From positions 1 to 55,773 of the IMG/VR virus record IMGVR_UViG_3300020152_000027: a stretch of 55,773 bases of DNA; one strand, 5' to 3'. This DNA is from a virus (Duplodnaviria > Caudoviricetes). Of this stretch, positions 17,714-26,945 are shown piece by piece (position 1 is the stretch's first letter; every line of letters begins with the position of its first letter). A program made the translations under genes and the position numbers. The notes below the pieces were generated by a model that was not told where the DNA came from, did not search any database, and saw nothing but the letters and a program-made list of their open reading frames with translations.

Positions 17714-18062
17714 CGATCTGGTCGTCGCGTGCGAGCGATGCGTGGACGAACTCAAGGTGCTGCGCGTCGAGGTGTCCGGCCTGCGCGAGCAGTTGCGGAT
17801 GAAGGACGAACTGATTGCCATGCAAGCCAGGTCGCTTGCGGAGAAGGCGGAGATCATCGGCTTCTGGAAAGATGCGGCGACGGCGCGGAAAGAGGCGATC
17901 TCGATTGACAGCCGCATCGAGCAGATACAGAGCGCGCAACTCGTGGAGTGCAAGTTGGAAGTGAGCAGATTGAGAAACCCCGGCTTCTTTCGTTCGCTGT
18001 TTTCGAGGGAAACCATCACGGGCGCGGTGGTGGGGTACGGGGTTGGACGAGTTCAAAGGTAG
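17604..18062 (+). CDS. Exported coiled-coil protein, putative spanin partner
   Basis: TTG start with GAGG RBS; signal peptide ending in AFA; Pro-rich start; C-terminal Gly-rich hydrophobic segment. Confidence 0.5.
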   Translation: MKKRSAGQVAVAALLTLLLTGVAFAQNSPPPVSPAPDDLVVACERCVDELKVLRVEVSGLREQLRMKDELIAMQARSLAEKAEIIGFWKDAATARKEAISIDSRIEQIQSAQLVECKLEVSRLRNPGFFRSLFSRETITGAVVGYGVGRVQR

Positions 18063-18075
18063 GGAGTTTGACAAT

Positions 18076-18330
18076 TTGGGGCTGTCACAACGGACAAGGC
18101 TAAGGCCGGTCAAGTTGCCGCCTGTATGGAGGGAGCCGAAAGGCGTTCGTACCTCGGAGTGGCGCGTCAAACCGGATGGGAAGCGAGTGGTTGACCAGAC
18201 AGCCCTAATTCACTAACGGAGCGGCGACGAGCAAGTGGTTTCGAGCAGCTTGCCCGCCGCCGGATCAAGACGGCAAGTAAACAGCCCACCGTCCCGACCG
18301 CGCGAAGGATAGCCGACGCGCTGGAGGGGC
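18076..18330 (+). ncRNA. Candidate structured non-coding RNA
   Basis: 11-bp closing stem 18076-18086/18198-18208, inner GGTCAA/TTGACC stem, GCCGAAAGGC GNRA hairpin and further downstream hairpins in an intergenic gap. Confidence 0.45.
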
Positions 18331-18377
18331 AGCAAGTGGAATATCAGCAACCACCGGAAATAAGGAGACCGCAAAAG

Positions 18378-18539
18378 ATGAGTGAAGAGAAGGACAGCCC
18401 GAAAGAGAAAGAACCCAAACCGAAAGATGGCGTGATTCTACCCGGCAGCCCCGAGCAGGCTGAACCGGAGGCCGAAGCCGAGCAGGGCGGCGTGATTCTG
18501 CCGGGCAAGGCCGATCCGCCATCTGGTGGGGGTGAATAG
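18378..18539 (+). CDS. Small acidic disordered protein with two GVILPG motifs
   Basis: AGGAG RBS; DGVILPG and GGVILPG encoded 60 bp apart. Confidence 0.65.
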   Translation: MSEEKDSPKEKEPKPKDGVILPGSPEQAEPEAEAEQGGVILPGKADPPSGGGE

Positions 18540-19049
18540 ATGAGCGCGGCAGTGATGGTCGGGCGGATTGAACCGCGCCCGCGCACCGTCTTGAAAGAAG
18601 AGGCGCGCGACGTGGCATCCGCCCCCGCGTATAAATGGCTTGTCACCCGCCGGTTGGACTTGAAACAACTGGCGTGGTGGCAACGCCCGCTCTACAGCCT
18701 GCTTGTCCGGCGGTTAGGACTCCCGCCGAAGCCTCCGACCGTGAGAGGTCTGTTCGACTCGCGGGCAGAGGCGGTCGCCTTTTGCTGTACCAGAGACGAC
18801 CAGATTCAAATGATCCCCTACGGGTGGGCTTATGGATTAGAGCTAGACGAGTTGCAGGGTTATTGCAGGCCGCTTGACCCCCTATTTCGGGCGCAGAACG
18901 AGCGAGAGGCGAAACTGTACGCTGATCCGAACGCGCCCGCCCCGGCTTCAGGCGACCCGACGCTTTGCCGCCTGAGCCAAGTTATTTGCCTGCTTGAGTC
19001 CCTCATTGCGGAACTGCACCGGCTCAAGCTGCCGAGTGAAGGGAAATAA
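18540..19049 (+). CDS. Hypothetical late protein
   Basis: Abutting ORF. Confidence 0.55.
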   Translation: MSAAVMVGRIEPRPRTVLKEEARDVASAPAYKWLVTRRLDLKQLAWWQRPLYSLLVRRLGLPPKPPTVRGLFDSRAEAVAFCCTRDDQIQMIPYGWAYGLELDELQGYCRPLDPLFRAQNEREAKLYADPNAPAPASGDPTLCRLSQVICLLESLIAELHRLKLPSEGK

Positions 19050-19054
19050 GCCTC

Positions 19055-19438
19055 ATGGTAGATGAGCGGGACAGCCTGTGGCAGAAGGTGACGGAACTGC
19101 AATCCTCCGTTCGTCTGCTGGAGACAAAAGTTGACGGAGAAGTGAAAAGCCTTGCCCCCCGTGATTGGGTGCATCAGGTAATGCAACCGATTCAACAATC
19201 CATTACCAGAATGGAGGCATCCGTCTCGCAACTGACCGAAGACGCAAAAGACCTTTTCAACGCCCACAGCACGATGCTGAAAGAGAAGGCCGACCGGGAA
19301 AAGCAGGAGTGGGCGGAGAAGACGCCTTTAGGGCTGATTAAGAAGTACGGCCCGGTAATCGGTTTCATGGCGGGCATCGTCGCGCTGTATCGCGCGCTCG
19401 GGTCGCTATTTGAGGTGTGGCTGCAACAGTACAAGTAA
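19055..19438 (+). CDS. Coiled-coil protein with C-terminal TM (XhlA/holin-like architecture)
   Basis: Heptad helix followed by PVIGFMAGIVALY. Confidence 0.5.
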   Translation: MVDERDSLWQKVTELQSSVRLLETKVDGEVKSLAPRDWVHQVMQPIQQSITRMEASVSQLTEDAKDLFNAHSTMLKEKADREKQEWAEKTPLGLIKKYGPVIGFMAGIVALYRALGSLFEVWLQQYK

Positions 19439-19824
19439 TGGCGAAAATACTAATCGCAGAGGACAGGGACGATGCAGCCGAACTCCTGCGCCAGTTGTTG
19501 ACGCGACAAGGCCACGGGGTAGACGTAACAGATGATGGACAAGAGGCGGTAGCGCGACATGCAGAAGGTGGCTATCAACTCGTCATACTCGACGCGGCGA
19601 TGCCGAATGTTGATGGCTTTACCGCTGCGGGAGAGATCAGAAAGGTAGACGCGGAGACGCCCATTCTGATGATCACCGCGCACACCGATCCGATCACAAG
19701 GGCGCACGCGAGACGAGTAGAAATTGACCACCTTATGTTTAAGCCCTATGAACCGGCGGACGTGATAGAGGCGGTCGAGTATTTGTTGAAGCACGGCAGG
19801 AAGTGGTTGCCGCCGCGCCCCTGA
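19438..19824 (+). CDS. Single-domain response regulator (CheY-like receiver)
   Basis: KILIAED, LVILDAAMPNVDG, PILMITA, FKPY: acidic pocket, phospho-Asp, Thr and Lys all present. Confidence 0.9.
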   Translation: MAKILIAEDRDDAAELLRQLLTRQGHGVDVTDDGQEAVARHAEGGYQLVILDAAMPNVDGFTAAGEIRKVDAETPILMITAHTDPITRAHARRVEIDHLMFKPYEPADVIEAVEYLLKHGRKWLPPRP

Positions 19825-19843
19825 AGGAGAGAGGGGCATCCGA

Positions 19844-19872
19844 TGAAAGGTTTTGAAAGGTTTTGAAAGGTT
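19844..19872 (+). repeat. 10-bp tandem repeat TGAAAGGTTT x3 at the terS start
   Basis: Directly visible. Confidence 0.85.
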
Positions 19873-20249
19873 CTACGGAAATTCTAGCACCAAAACAGGA
19901 GCGAGCCATTGCCGCGCTCCTGTCAGAGCCGACTATTAGAGAGGCGAGCAAGGCTGCCAAAGTGTCTGAGGTGACCTTGTGGCGATGGCTGCGCGAGGAA
20001 TTATTTCAGACAAGGTATAGGGCAGCGCGACGGGATGCGGTAGAGGCTGCTATAGCCAGTCTACAAGCCAGTAGCTCGGTTGCGGTCAGGGTGCTAATGG
20101 AAATCGCGGAAGATACTCAAGCACCCGGCACGGCAAGGGTGGCCGCTGCGCGAGCTATCCTCGATCAAGCGATTGAAGCTGTGCAAGTCACGGACATGAT
20201 TGAACGTTTAGAGAAGATTGAGGCCATAGTAGCAGGGCAAAATAAATAA
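19863..20249 (+). CDS. terS: Terminase small subunit (HTH)
   Basis: KQERAIAALL..TIREASKAAKVSEVTLWRWL; directly upstream of terL. Confidence 0.75.
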   Translation: MKGSTEILAPKQERAIAALLSEPTIREASKAAKVSEVTLWRWLREELFQTRYRAARRDAVEAAIASLQASSSVAVRVLMEIAEDTQAPGTARVAAARAILDQAIEAVQVTDMIERLEKIEAIVAGQNK

Positions 20250-21712
20250 TGGTCGCGCTAGAGAAAAGGCTTGAAAAGGCACATGCGGCGGTCTTGGCTT
20301 ATAGCGTCGGAAACGCATCTGGCGCATGGCCGGAGACGTATGTAAATGCCGATACGGGCAAGCCGTACAAGCCGCACCACGCCGACGAGGAGGCGTTTGT
20401 CTATAGCGACTCCCCTAGATACTGTCTCGCCAAAGGCGGCGAGGGTGGCGGTAAGTCCGTCGCTGGGATAGTCAAGTCTCTTGATCGTCTGAAACGCGGG
20501 ATGTCGGGCATCATGGGATCGTCCGACTTGCAGCACTTCAAAAAGTCCCTCTGGTCGGAGTTCCGCCGCTGGTGCAAGCCCGAGATGGTCATTCCTTCGC
20601 AGCGTTACAGGCTCAAGAAGGAATGGGAGCCGCAGCAGATGTTCACCCTGACGTTTACGACGGGGGCGCAACTCATCTGCGGCGGTTTCGATGATCCGTC
20701 CGGCTGGGAAGGTCCCAACGTCTCCTTTGCACACTGGGATGAAGCGCGACGGCATAAAACTCCGGCGATGCTCAAAGTCTTGGATGGCCGTTGCCGCATC
20801 CCCGGCGCGAACGGCGAGCCGCCGCAACTGTACTTGACCACGACCCCGGCGAAGCACTGGCTTTATGAATACTTCGGGGATGTGCAGGAAGACGATCCGT
20901 TTCGCAGCTTCAAGGCCGATGCGCTGGTCATTTCCCTGTTGACCCGTGACAACGAAGCGGCGGGCAACCTCTCGAAAGGCTTTACCGCGCAGCGTGGACA
21001 GAGTTTGACGGAAGCGGAGAAGCGCGTCCTTCTGGAAGCCGCGTGGGAAGACATCGAAGATGCGACGCGGTTCCTTGAATCAATATTGCTGTGGGATGCC
21101 TGTAAAGATGGCGACCTACCCCCTCTGACAAAGCACGAACCTTTGATACTCGCCCTTGACGGCGCGTGGGCGGCGAAGGGCGATGTATTCGGCGGCGTGG
21201 CCGTGGGCAGGCATCCGGCACGGTCAGACGGCCTTGCGGTGCGCGAAGTGATGGCGTGGGAGGCCGAAGGTAAGCCGCGCGACTTCGAGCAAATCCAAGA
21301 CGATATTAAGAACTTCTGCCTTAACTGGAACGTGCGGAAGATCGTCTACGACCCCATGCAGTTAGTACAGATGATGCAGCACTTGAGCAAACCGTCCAAG
21401 ACTGAGAGCGGGCGGTCGTTCCCCGGCGTCGAGACGGAAGAGTTTAAGCAGGGCGGGGATCGTGCAGCAGCCGATAAGGGATTGCTTGATCTTATCGTCG
21501 CCAGATACATCGCACACTCCGGCGAGCCGCTGCTGAGAAAGCATCTCGATAACGCGGACAAGAAAGTTGACCAGAACAGGAAGCTGCGGATCGTGAAGCG
21601 GACAGAGAGCCAGAAGATTGATCTGGCGGTGTGCTTGAGCATGGCGAGCGCGGCTTATCTAAGTTATGTCGAAGTGGATCGGGCAGTCCACATTTTCAGG
21701 AGGCGCAATTGA
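20249..21712 (+). CDS. terL: Terminase large subunit
   Basis: GGEGGGKS Walker A, WDEA Walker B, LTTTP, RNase-H-like ALDGA...KIDLAV. Confidence 0.9.
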   Translation: MVALEKRLEKAHAAVLAYSVGNASGAWPETYVNADTGKPYKPHHADEEAFVYSDSPRYCLAKGGEGGGKSVAGIVKSLDRLKRGMSGIMGSSDLQHFKKSLWSEFRRWCKPEMVIPSQRYRLKKEWEPQQMFTLTFTTGAQLICGGFDDPSGWEGPNVSFAHWDEARRHKTPAMLKVLDGRCRIPGANGEPPQLYLTTTPAKHWLYEYFGDVQEDDPFRSFKADALVISLLTRDNEAAGNLSKGFTAQRGQSLTEAEKRVLLEAAWEDIEDATRFLESILLWDACKDGDLPPLTKHEPLILALDGAWAAKGDVFGGVAVGRHPARSDGLAVREVMAWEAEGKPRDFEQIQDDIKNFCLNWNVRKIVYDPMQLVQMMQHLSKPSKTESGRSFPGVETEEFKQGGDRAAADKGLLDLIVARYIAHSGEPLLRKHLDNADKKVDQNRKLRIVKRTESQKIDLAVCLSMASAAYLSYVEVDRAVHIFRRRN

Positions 21713-23061
21713 ATCCAGACATCCAGTGGGCGTTAGACGCTATCTCTGCGCGCTCCGCAGACTACGACCTTGCGCGGGCTTACTACGACGGCCAGCACCG
21801 CCTCGACTTCGTGCCGTCGGAGTTTCGCCACGAGTTCGCGGCACTGCTTCGCCGCGCCCGCCTCAACATGTGCCCGGCGGTCGTGACGAGCGTGCGGGAC
21901 AGGTTGAAGCTGACCGGTCTGACTCACAACGGAGAGGTCAAAAAGGAGACGGAAGAAGGCCGTGAGCGGATTGTGAGCGACCCCGTGGGCGAACGCTTGA
22001 ACGCGCTCTGGCGACGTAACCGGATGGAGCAGAGAGCCGGGGAGATACACCTTGAGTCCCTGACGGTCGGAGACGCCTACGCTATCGTCTGGCCGTCTGC
22101 TCGAACCGGGGAAGTGACCATCTATCCGAACTTCGCCCACATGGTCGCGGTGCAGTATGACGACGAAGAGCCGGACATGATCGTCAAGGCCGCCCGCAAG
22201 TGGGCTGAACCTGACAAACGTGTCGCCTTGAACCTCTACTACCCCGACCGCATTGAAAAGTACCTGACCGTTAATCCTCTCGCGCAGGGCGGGCAACTTA
22301 AGGCCAAGATGTTTGCTCCTGTCGCGGGTGAAGAGGTTGTTTTCAACCCTTACGATCAAGTGCCCGTCTTCCACTTCGGCAACGGCGCGGGGTGTGGGCG
22401 GCTTGGGACTTCCGAGTTGAAAGAGGCGATCCCGGTTCAGGATGCGTTGAATAAGACCCTGCGCGACATGCTGATCGGAGGGGAAGAGCAGGCGTTCAAG
22501 CAGAGGTACGCAACAGGCGTAGAACTCCCGACCGACCCCGAAACAGGGCAGAAGATCAACCCGTTCGTCGCTAATGAGTTTTGGGCGACGGCTGCTAAAG
22601 ATGCCACGTTCGGGGAGTTGGAGGCCGCTAATCTTGAGCAGCTACAGACGGTCAAGGACGGCTACAAGATGGACATGGCGATGGTGACAGGTTTACCTCC
22701 GCATCACTTCTTCGCCGGGGGCGGGACGCCACCGAGCGGTGAATCTCTCAAGACTCTGGAGCAACGCCTGACCTCGAAGGTCGAAGACCGGCAGACGGCC
22801 TTTGGGGCGACGTGGGAGTCGCTGTTCAAGTTCGCCCTGCGACTTGATTCCGAAGTTGAAGATGTCGAGTTAGACGCTCTCTGGCGCGATACGACCCCGC
22901 GAAACGAGCAGGAGCAGCAGGGCATGGTGTTGGAGCGGGTGGAGAAGTTAGGCGTGCCGCCGGAGCAGGGGTTGAAGGAGTTAGGTTATACCGGGGAGGA
23001 AGTGGCGAAGTTTGCGGAGTGGAAACGTACTCAGGGCGTGCAGCCGGGGGGAGCGCAATAA
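21709..23061 (+). CDS. Portal protein (SPP1 gp6-like)
   Basis: YYDGQH, NMCPAVV, NPYDQVPVFHF, PSGESLK; GGAGG RBS before TTG 21709. Confidence 0.85.
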   Translation: MNPDIQWALDAISARSADYDLARAYYDGQHRLDFVPSEFRHEFAALLRRARLNMCPAVVTSVRDRLKLTGLTHNGEVKKETEEGRERIVSDPVGERLNALWRRNRMEQRAGEIHLESLTVGDAYAIVWPSARTGEVTIYPNFAHMVAVQYDDEEPDMIVKAARKWAEPDKRVALNLYYPDRIEKYLTVNPLAQGGQLKAKMFAPVAGEEVVFNPYDQVPVFHFGNGAGCGRLGTSELKEAIPVQDALNKTLRDMLIGGEEQAFKQRYATGVELPTDPETGQKINPFVANEFWATAAKDATFGELEAANLEQLQTVKDGYKMDMAMVTGLPPHHFFAGGGTPPSGESLKTLEQRLTSKVEDRQTAFGATWESLFKFALRLDSEVEDVELDALWRDTTPRNEQEQQGMVLERVEKLGVPPEQGLKELGYTGEEVAKFAEWKRTQGVQPGGAQ

Positions 23062-23597
23062 TGACGGCCATCGTGGGCATCGCAGAAAAGGGAAAGGTCT
23101 GGATCGGCGGTGACAGTCAGGGCACACGCGGGGGAACGAAGGTCAGGCTTGCGGAGGGGAAAGTTACATTTAACGGAGAGTTTCTAATAGGCACTTGCGG
23201 GACGCACCGGCTGGCTAATCTTGCTCGCCACATCTTCGTGCCGCCGCCGCTGGTAGCCGCCGCCGATCTTGATGGCTACATGGCGAGAGAGTTTTCCGAC
23301 GCTTGGCGAGAGTGCGTTCGCTCAAGTGGGCAGTTAAACGTAGAGAATGGTTATGAATCCTGCGACGGCAACATGCTAGTCGGCGTGAGAGGTCGTTTGT
23401 ACGAACTTGATAGTAGTTTCGGGGCTGTGCGCTCTCTTGACTGTTACGCGGCCATCGGGAGCGGCGACAACATCGCACTTGGGGCACTGCACGTCACCAA
23501 AGGCACGAAGCCTGAGAAGCGCGTCAGACTGGCACTGGAAGCTGCCGCGAAGTGGAATGATGGGGTTAGTGCCCCGTTTCATATTAAACACATCTGA
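23061..23597 (+). CDS. HslV/proteasome-beta-like Ntn-hydrolase
   Basis: N-terminal M-T-AIVG..IGGDS, conserved K, YAAIGSG..ALGAL. Confidence 0.8.
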   Translation: MTAIVGIAEKGKVWIGGDSQGTRGGTKVRLAEGKVTFNGEFLIGTCGTHRLANLARHIFVPPPLVAAADLDGYMAREFSDAWRECVRSSGQLNVENGYESCDGNMLVGVRGRLYELDSSFGAVRSLDCYAAIGSGDNIALGALHVTKGTKPEKRVRLALEAAAKWNDGVSAPFHIKHI

Positions 23598-23611
23598 GAG
23601 GGCGTGAAAGC

Positions 23612-23887
23612 ATGAACAGTTATGGAGACGCGATTGCGTGGTGTATCCAAAACGAGGCGGTGATGCGCTTCGTTAATCGTGACGTGCGGCCTGAGTTCTA
23701 CAGGGAGTTGAAATCAGGAGAGATAGCGTTAGAACTTGCCGTGACGATAGGCGGCAAGGTGCGGGTTGCCCACTACCCTATAGACAAGTCCATTGAGCCG
23801 GGGAAGTCCATCGGCTTGGCTATGATGGGCTGCGTTAAATACTTCATAGAGAAGGGGGCGGCACTTGCGGCGGCGAGCAGCAATTGA
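23612..23887 (+). CDS. Hypothetical protein
   Basis: GAGGG RBS. Confidence 0.5.
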   Translation: MNSYGDAIAWCIQNEAVMRFVNRDVRPEFYRELKSGEIALELAVTIGGKVRVAHYPIDKSIEPGKSIGLAMMGCVKYFIEKGAALAAASSN

Positions 23888-24720
23888 CCTATGAAGCACC
23901 TCAAAACACTTGAACAGGCGGTAGTAACAGACCAGAAGGGGCGTATCCTTCATACATCGGCAACGGTGGAGATTTATCTGTGCGAGTGCGGGGAACAACT
24001 TGGCCGCATACCCGAACTCTCCTACCAAACCGAGCATAACGAGTGTCCGTCCGATACAGGTTTATTAAATGAAGAAACAAAAGAACGCGCCTGACCCCGC
24101 ACGTCTTACCGATGACGAGTGCGATTTCATTCTCCAACGCATCTGTTGGAAACTCCGCGATGCCGTCAACCCCGTGGAGTTCTTTCGCGCTACGGGGCGC
24201 GGGGCGGTGTTTGAGCCGACGGATAGAGAAAAGGCCAGGGGGTTGGTCAGATTGTTTGTGAGTGCCGAGAACGGTAAATGACATATGGAACATGAACACA
24301 ATTGCGCCATCTGCATCGCCACGTTTGAATGTGCCGCGCTAAAGCACTGGCTTCAGGAGCCGTGGAGTTTTGTTTGTAGCGGGTGCTGGCAACTTCATGC
24401 TGCGAAAAGGTTGGTAGTGAAGAAACTGCGATTGAGATAATTTTAGTGTCAAGTACTCCAATGAAGCACGCAGCCTCAAGTATCAACATCACCACGACGA
24501 ACGCGCACGAGTTCAAGGCGGGCAGAACAACCGTCTTTACGATGGTCGGTAGGCTTATCGCTGGCGTCGCCCGCGCCGATGGTTCTAACGTTCCCTACTC
24601 CATTCAGGCGTTGTCGGTGGTTAGAGTGTTCATCATGGAGCAGGCGAACCCGCAGGAGTTAGATATGGTGGAGAAGTTAATTAAAGAGCGGCGCGGTGTG
24701 TAGTTTGGTATAATGAACGC

Positions 24721-25065
24721 ATGACCAAGCGAATGCTCACCTTGCTCAAAACGGGCAACCATATTGCCATAGTAGGCGACAGAAGCGGCAAGCCGATGGT
24801 TACAAGTATGTCCGTTGTCCGTCAAGCACAAAAGGGCTTCTATGATGCGCCCATCACTGTATTGCAATCTTATACCGTCATTAGGAGAATCGTGCGGGTA
24901 GGCACGGAGACGATGGGCATTAATGATGAACTTTATTTACAGACGGCGCGATTTGAAGGCGCGGGAGAAGTGTTAGAGGTTGAATGCGCTTTTGATGAGA
25001 TAGAGCATGTTTGGTATGTGCAAGACAGCGCGCTTGTCGGTAGTGACGTAGATTCTAGAGTTTGA
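24721..25065 (+). CDS. Hypothetical protein, likely leaderless mRNA
   Basis: TGGTATAAT extended -10 with TATAAT at 24709-24714, 6 nt before ATG. Confidence 0.55.
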   Translation: MTKRMLTLLKTGNHIAIVGDRSGKPMVTSMSVVRQAQKGFYDAPITVLQSYTVIRRIVRVGTETMGINDELYLQTARFEGAGEVLEVECAFDEIEHVWYVQDSALVGSDVDSRV

Positions 25066-25075
25066 GTGAAAATAC

Positions 25076-25255
25076 TTGCGCACAGAAACGAAATGTGCTG
25101 TATAATGTGCCCCGTGTTTGAAAGCTGAATTTACGGGAAGGTAAGGCCAGAAACCCCCGACCCATTCATTCAGCCAGACACTTAAAATTTAACGCTTCGA
25201 TTAAGAGGCCGATTGTTTGAACCTTCACTGGTTCGCAATCGGCCTCTTTTTCGTT
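25076..25255 (+). promoter_or_regulatory. Promoter and structured leader/attenuator upstream of scaffold
   Basis: TATAAT at 25101-25106; long hairpin AAGAGGCCGATTG..CAATCGGCCTCTT followed by a T-run. Confidence 0.55.
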
Positions 25256-25272
25256 TCCCCAAAAAGGATTTT

Positions 25273-25854
25273 ATGGCAGAAGAAACCATCACCGATCAAA
25301 CTGCTACCACGTCCGAGACGACGGAAGAAACTACCACCGGCAGCGAATCGGGCGCGGACACTCAGGCCGCTTCAACCACTGAGGGCGAGAAGCAATTCTC
25401 ACAAGCCGAACTTAACCGCATCGTCAGGCGCGAGACCGAGAAGGCCGTCAAAAAGGCTCAACAGGACGCGCAAACAGCCGCACAACAGGCGGCGATGACC
25501 GAGGCGGAAAAATTGAAGCTCAGGGCAGAAGCGGCTGAAAAGGAACGCGACGACGCGCGCACCGAAGTCCTCCGGCAAAAGGCGCGCTCGAAAGTGCTCG
25601 ATTATTTGACCGACCCGAAAGAGAAAGTCGGGGCGCGAAACGCACGGGCGGTGCTGCGCATGATCGAGCCTTCCTTCGAGTACGAAGACGACGGGGAGAT
25701 TTCCAACCTGAAAGAACTCGTCGCCCAAGTCAAGCGTGAAGCTCCTGAGTTGTTTATGACCAGTACGGGTTCGGCCAACGGCGGATCGGGTCGCACGACC
25801 CAGACCCACGTTGACATGAACGCCGCTATCAGGCGAGCAGCCGGGAGACAGTAA
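25273..25854 (+). CDS. Capsid scaffolding protein
   Basis: Acidic N-terminus, FSQAELNRIV motif, C-terminal DMNAAIRRAAGR; directly before MCP. Confidence 0.8.
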   Translation: MAEETITDQTATTSETTEETTTGSESGADTQAASTTEGEKQFSQAELNRIVRRETEKAVKKAQQDAQTAAQQAAMTEAEKLKLRAEAAEKERDDARTEVLRQKARSKVLDYLTDPKEKVGARNARAVLRMIEPSFEYEDDGEISNLKELVAQVKREAPELFMTSTGSANGGSGRTTQTHVDMNAAIRRAAGRQ

Positions 25855-25856
25855 AC

Positions 25857-26795
25857 ATGGCTTACGACAACATCATCTCGCGCACCGACGCGCAGGCCAC
25901 GATCCCCGAAGACGTGGCGCAGGGCATCATCGGAAACATGCCCAAGCAGTCGGCGGCGATGACCCTTTTCCGCCGCGCGACGATGGCGACGAACCAGCAG
26001 CGGATGCCCGTCATGGCCGCCCTGCCCGTCGCCTACTTCGTCAACGGCGACACGGGACTCAAGCAGACGACCGAGATCAACTGGGCGAACAAGTATCTGA
26101 ACGCCGAAGAGATCGCGTGCATCGTTCCGATCCCCGAAAACGTCCTCGACGACTCCAGTTTCGACATCTGGGCGGAAGTGCAGCCCCGCATCGAAGAGGC
26201 CGTCGGGCGCACGCTCGACGCCGCGATCTTCTTCGGGACGAACAAGCCCGCTTCGTGGCCTACCGACATCGCGGCATCCGCCGTTTCTGCCGGGAACGTC
26301 ATTGCACGTGGTACGAACAACGCCGCCGCCGGGGGCATCGCCACCGACATCAGCGACACGATGGGCACAGTGGAGACGGACGGCTTCGACGTGAACGGCT
26401 TCGTCACTTCTCGCTCGTATCGTCGCTTCCTCCGCAACGCCAGAGACACGCAAGGCCAGAAGTTGCTCGACATCGCCCTGAGCACTATTGAAGGCGAGCA
26501 GGTGGTCTACGCCCTGAACGGCCTCTGGCCTTCGGGCGCGAGCGCGGCGGAGTTGTTCGCGGGAGACTGGACGCAGTTCGTGTTGGCCGTCCGCAAGGAC
26601 ATGACCTACAAGATTCTGACCGAGGCGGTCATTCAGGACAACACGGGCGCGATCATCTACAACCTCGCGCAGCAGGACATGGTGGCGATGCGCCTCACGT
26701 TCCGCGCGGCGTGGCAGACTTCCAACAACATCACCTATGACCAGCCGACGGAAGCTAACCGCTATCCCATCGGCGTGCTCAGAAGCCCGGCGTAA
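25857..26795 (+). CDS. Major capsid protein (HK97 fold)
   Basis: AEEIACIVPIPENVLDD, NLAQQDMVAMRLTFR. Confidence 0.9.
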   Translation: MAYDNIISRTDAQATIPEDVAQGIIGNMPKQSAAMTLFRRATMATNQQRMPVMAALPVAYFVNGDTGLKQTTEINWANKYLNAEEIACIVPIPENVLDDSSFDIWAEVQPRIEEAVGRTLDAAIFFGTNKPASWPTDIAASAVSAGNVIARGTNNAAAGGIATDISDTMGTVETDGFDVNGFVTSRSYRRFLRNARDTQGQKLLDIALSTIEGEQVVYALNGLWPSGASAAELFAGDWTQFVLAVRKDMTYKILTEAVIQDNTGAIIYNLAQQDMVAMRLTFRAAWQTSNNITYDQPTEANRYPIGVLRSPA

Positions 26796-26945
26796 TGAGT
26801 CTGGCGGATGAAGAGACCCGCGCGCGAGCGTATCGCACGAGCCAACGGAGGCGGTGCGCCGCAGAGCGTGCGCGAGAGGCGAGTTTGCGCGGGTCAGGGT
26901 CGGCCTCTCAGGGGCTTTACGAACGCACAGAGGCGTTAAGGAGAG

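Noticed and set aside
18076-18210. tmRNA or tRNA (begins GGGGCTG)
   Set aside because: No T-arm/CCA end or tag reading frame; retained only as an unknown structured RNA
21733-22374. Long antisense ORFs over portal and terminase
   Set aside because: Shadow frames of high-GC coding sequence
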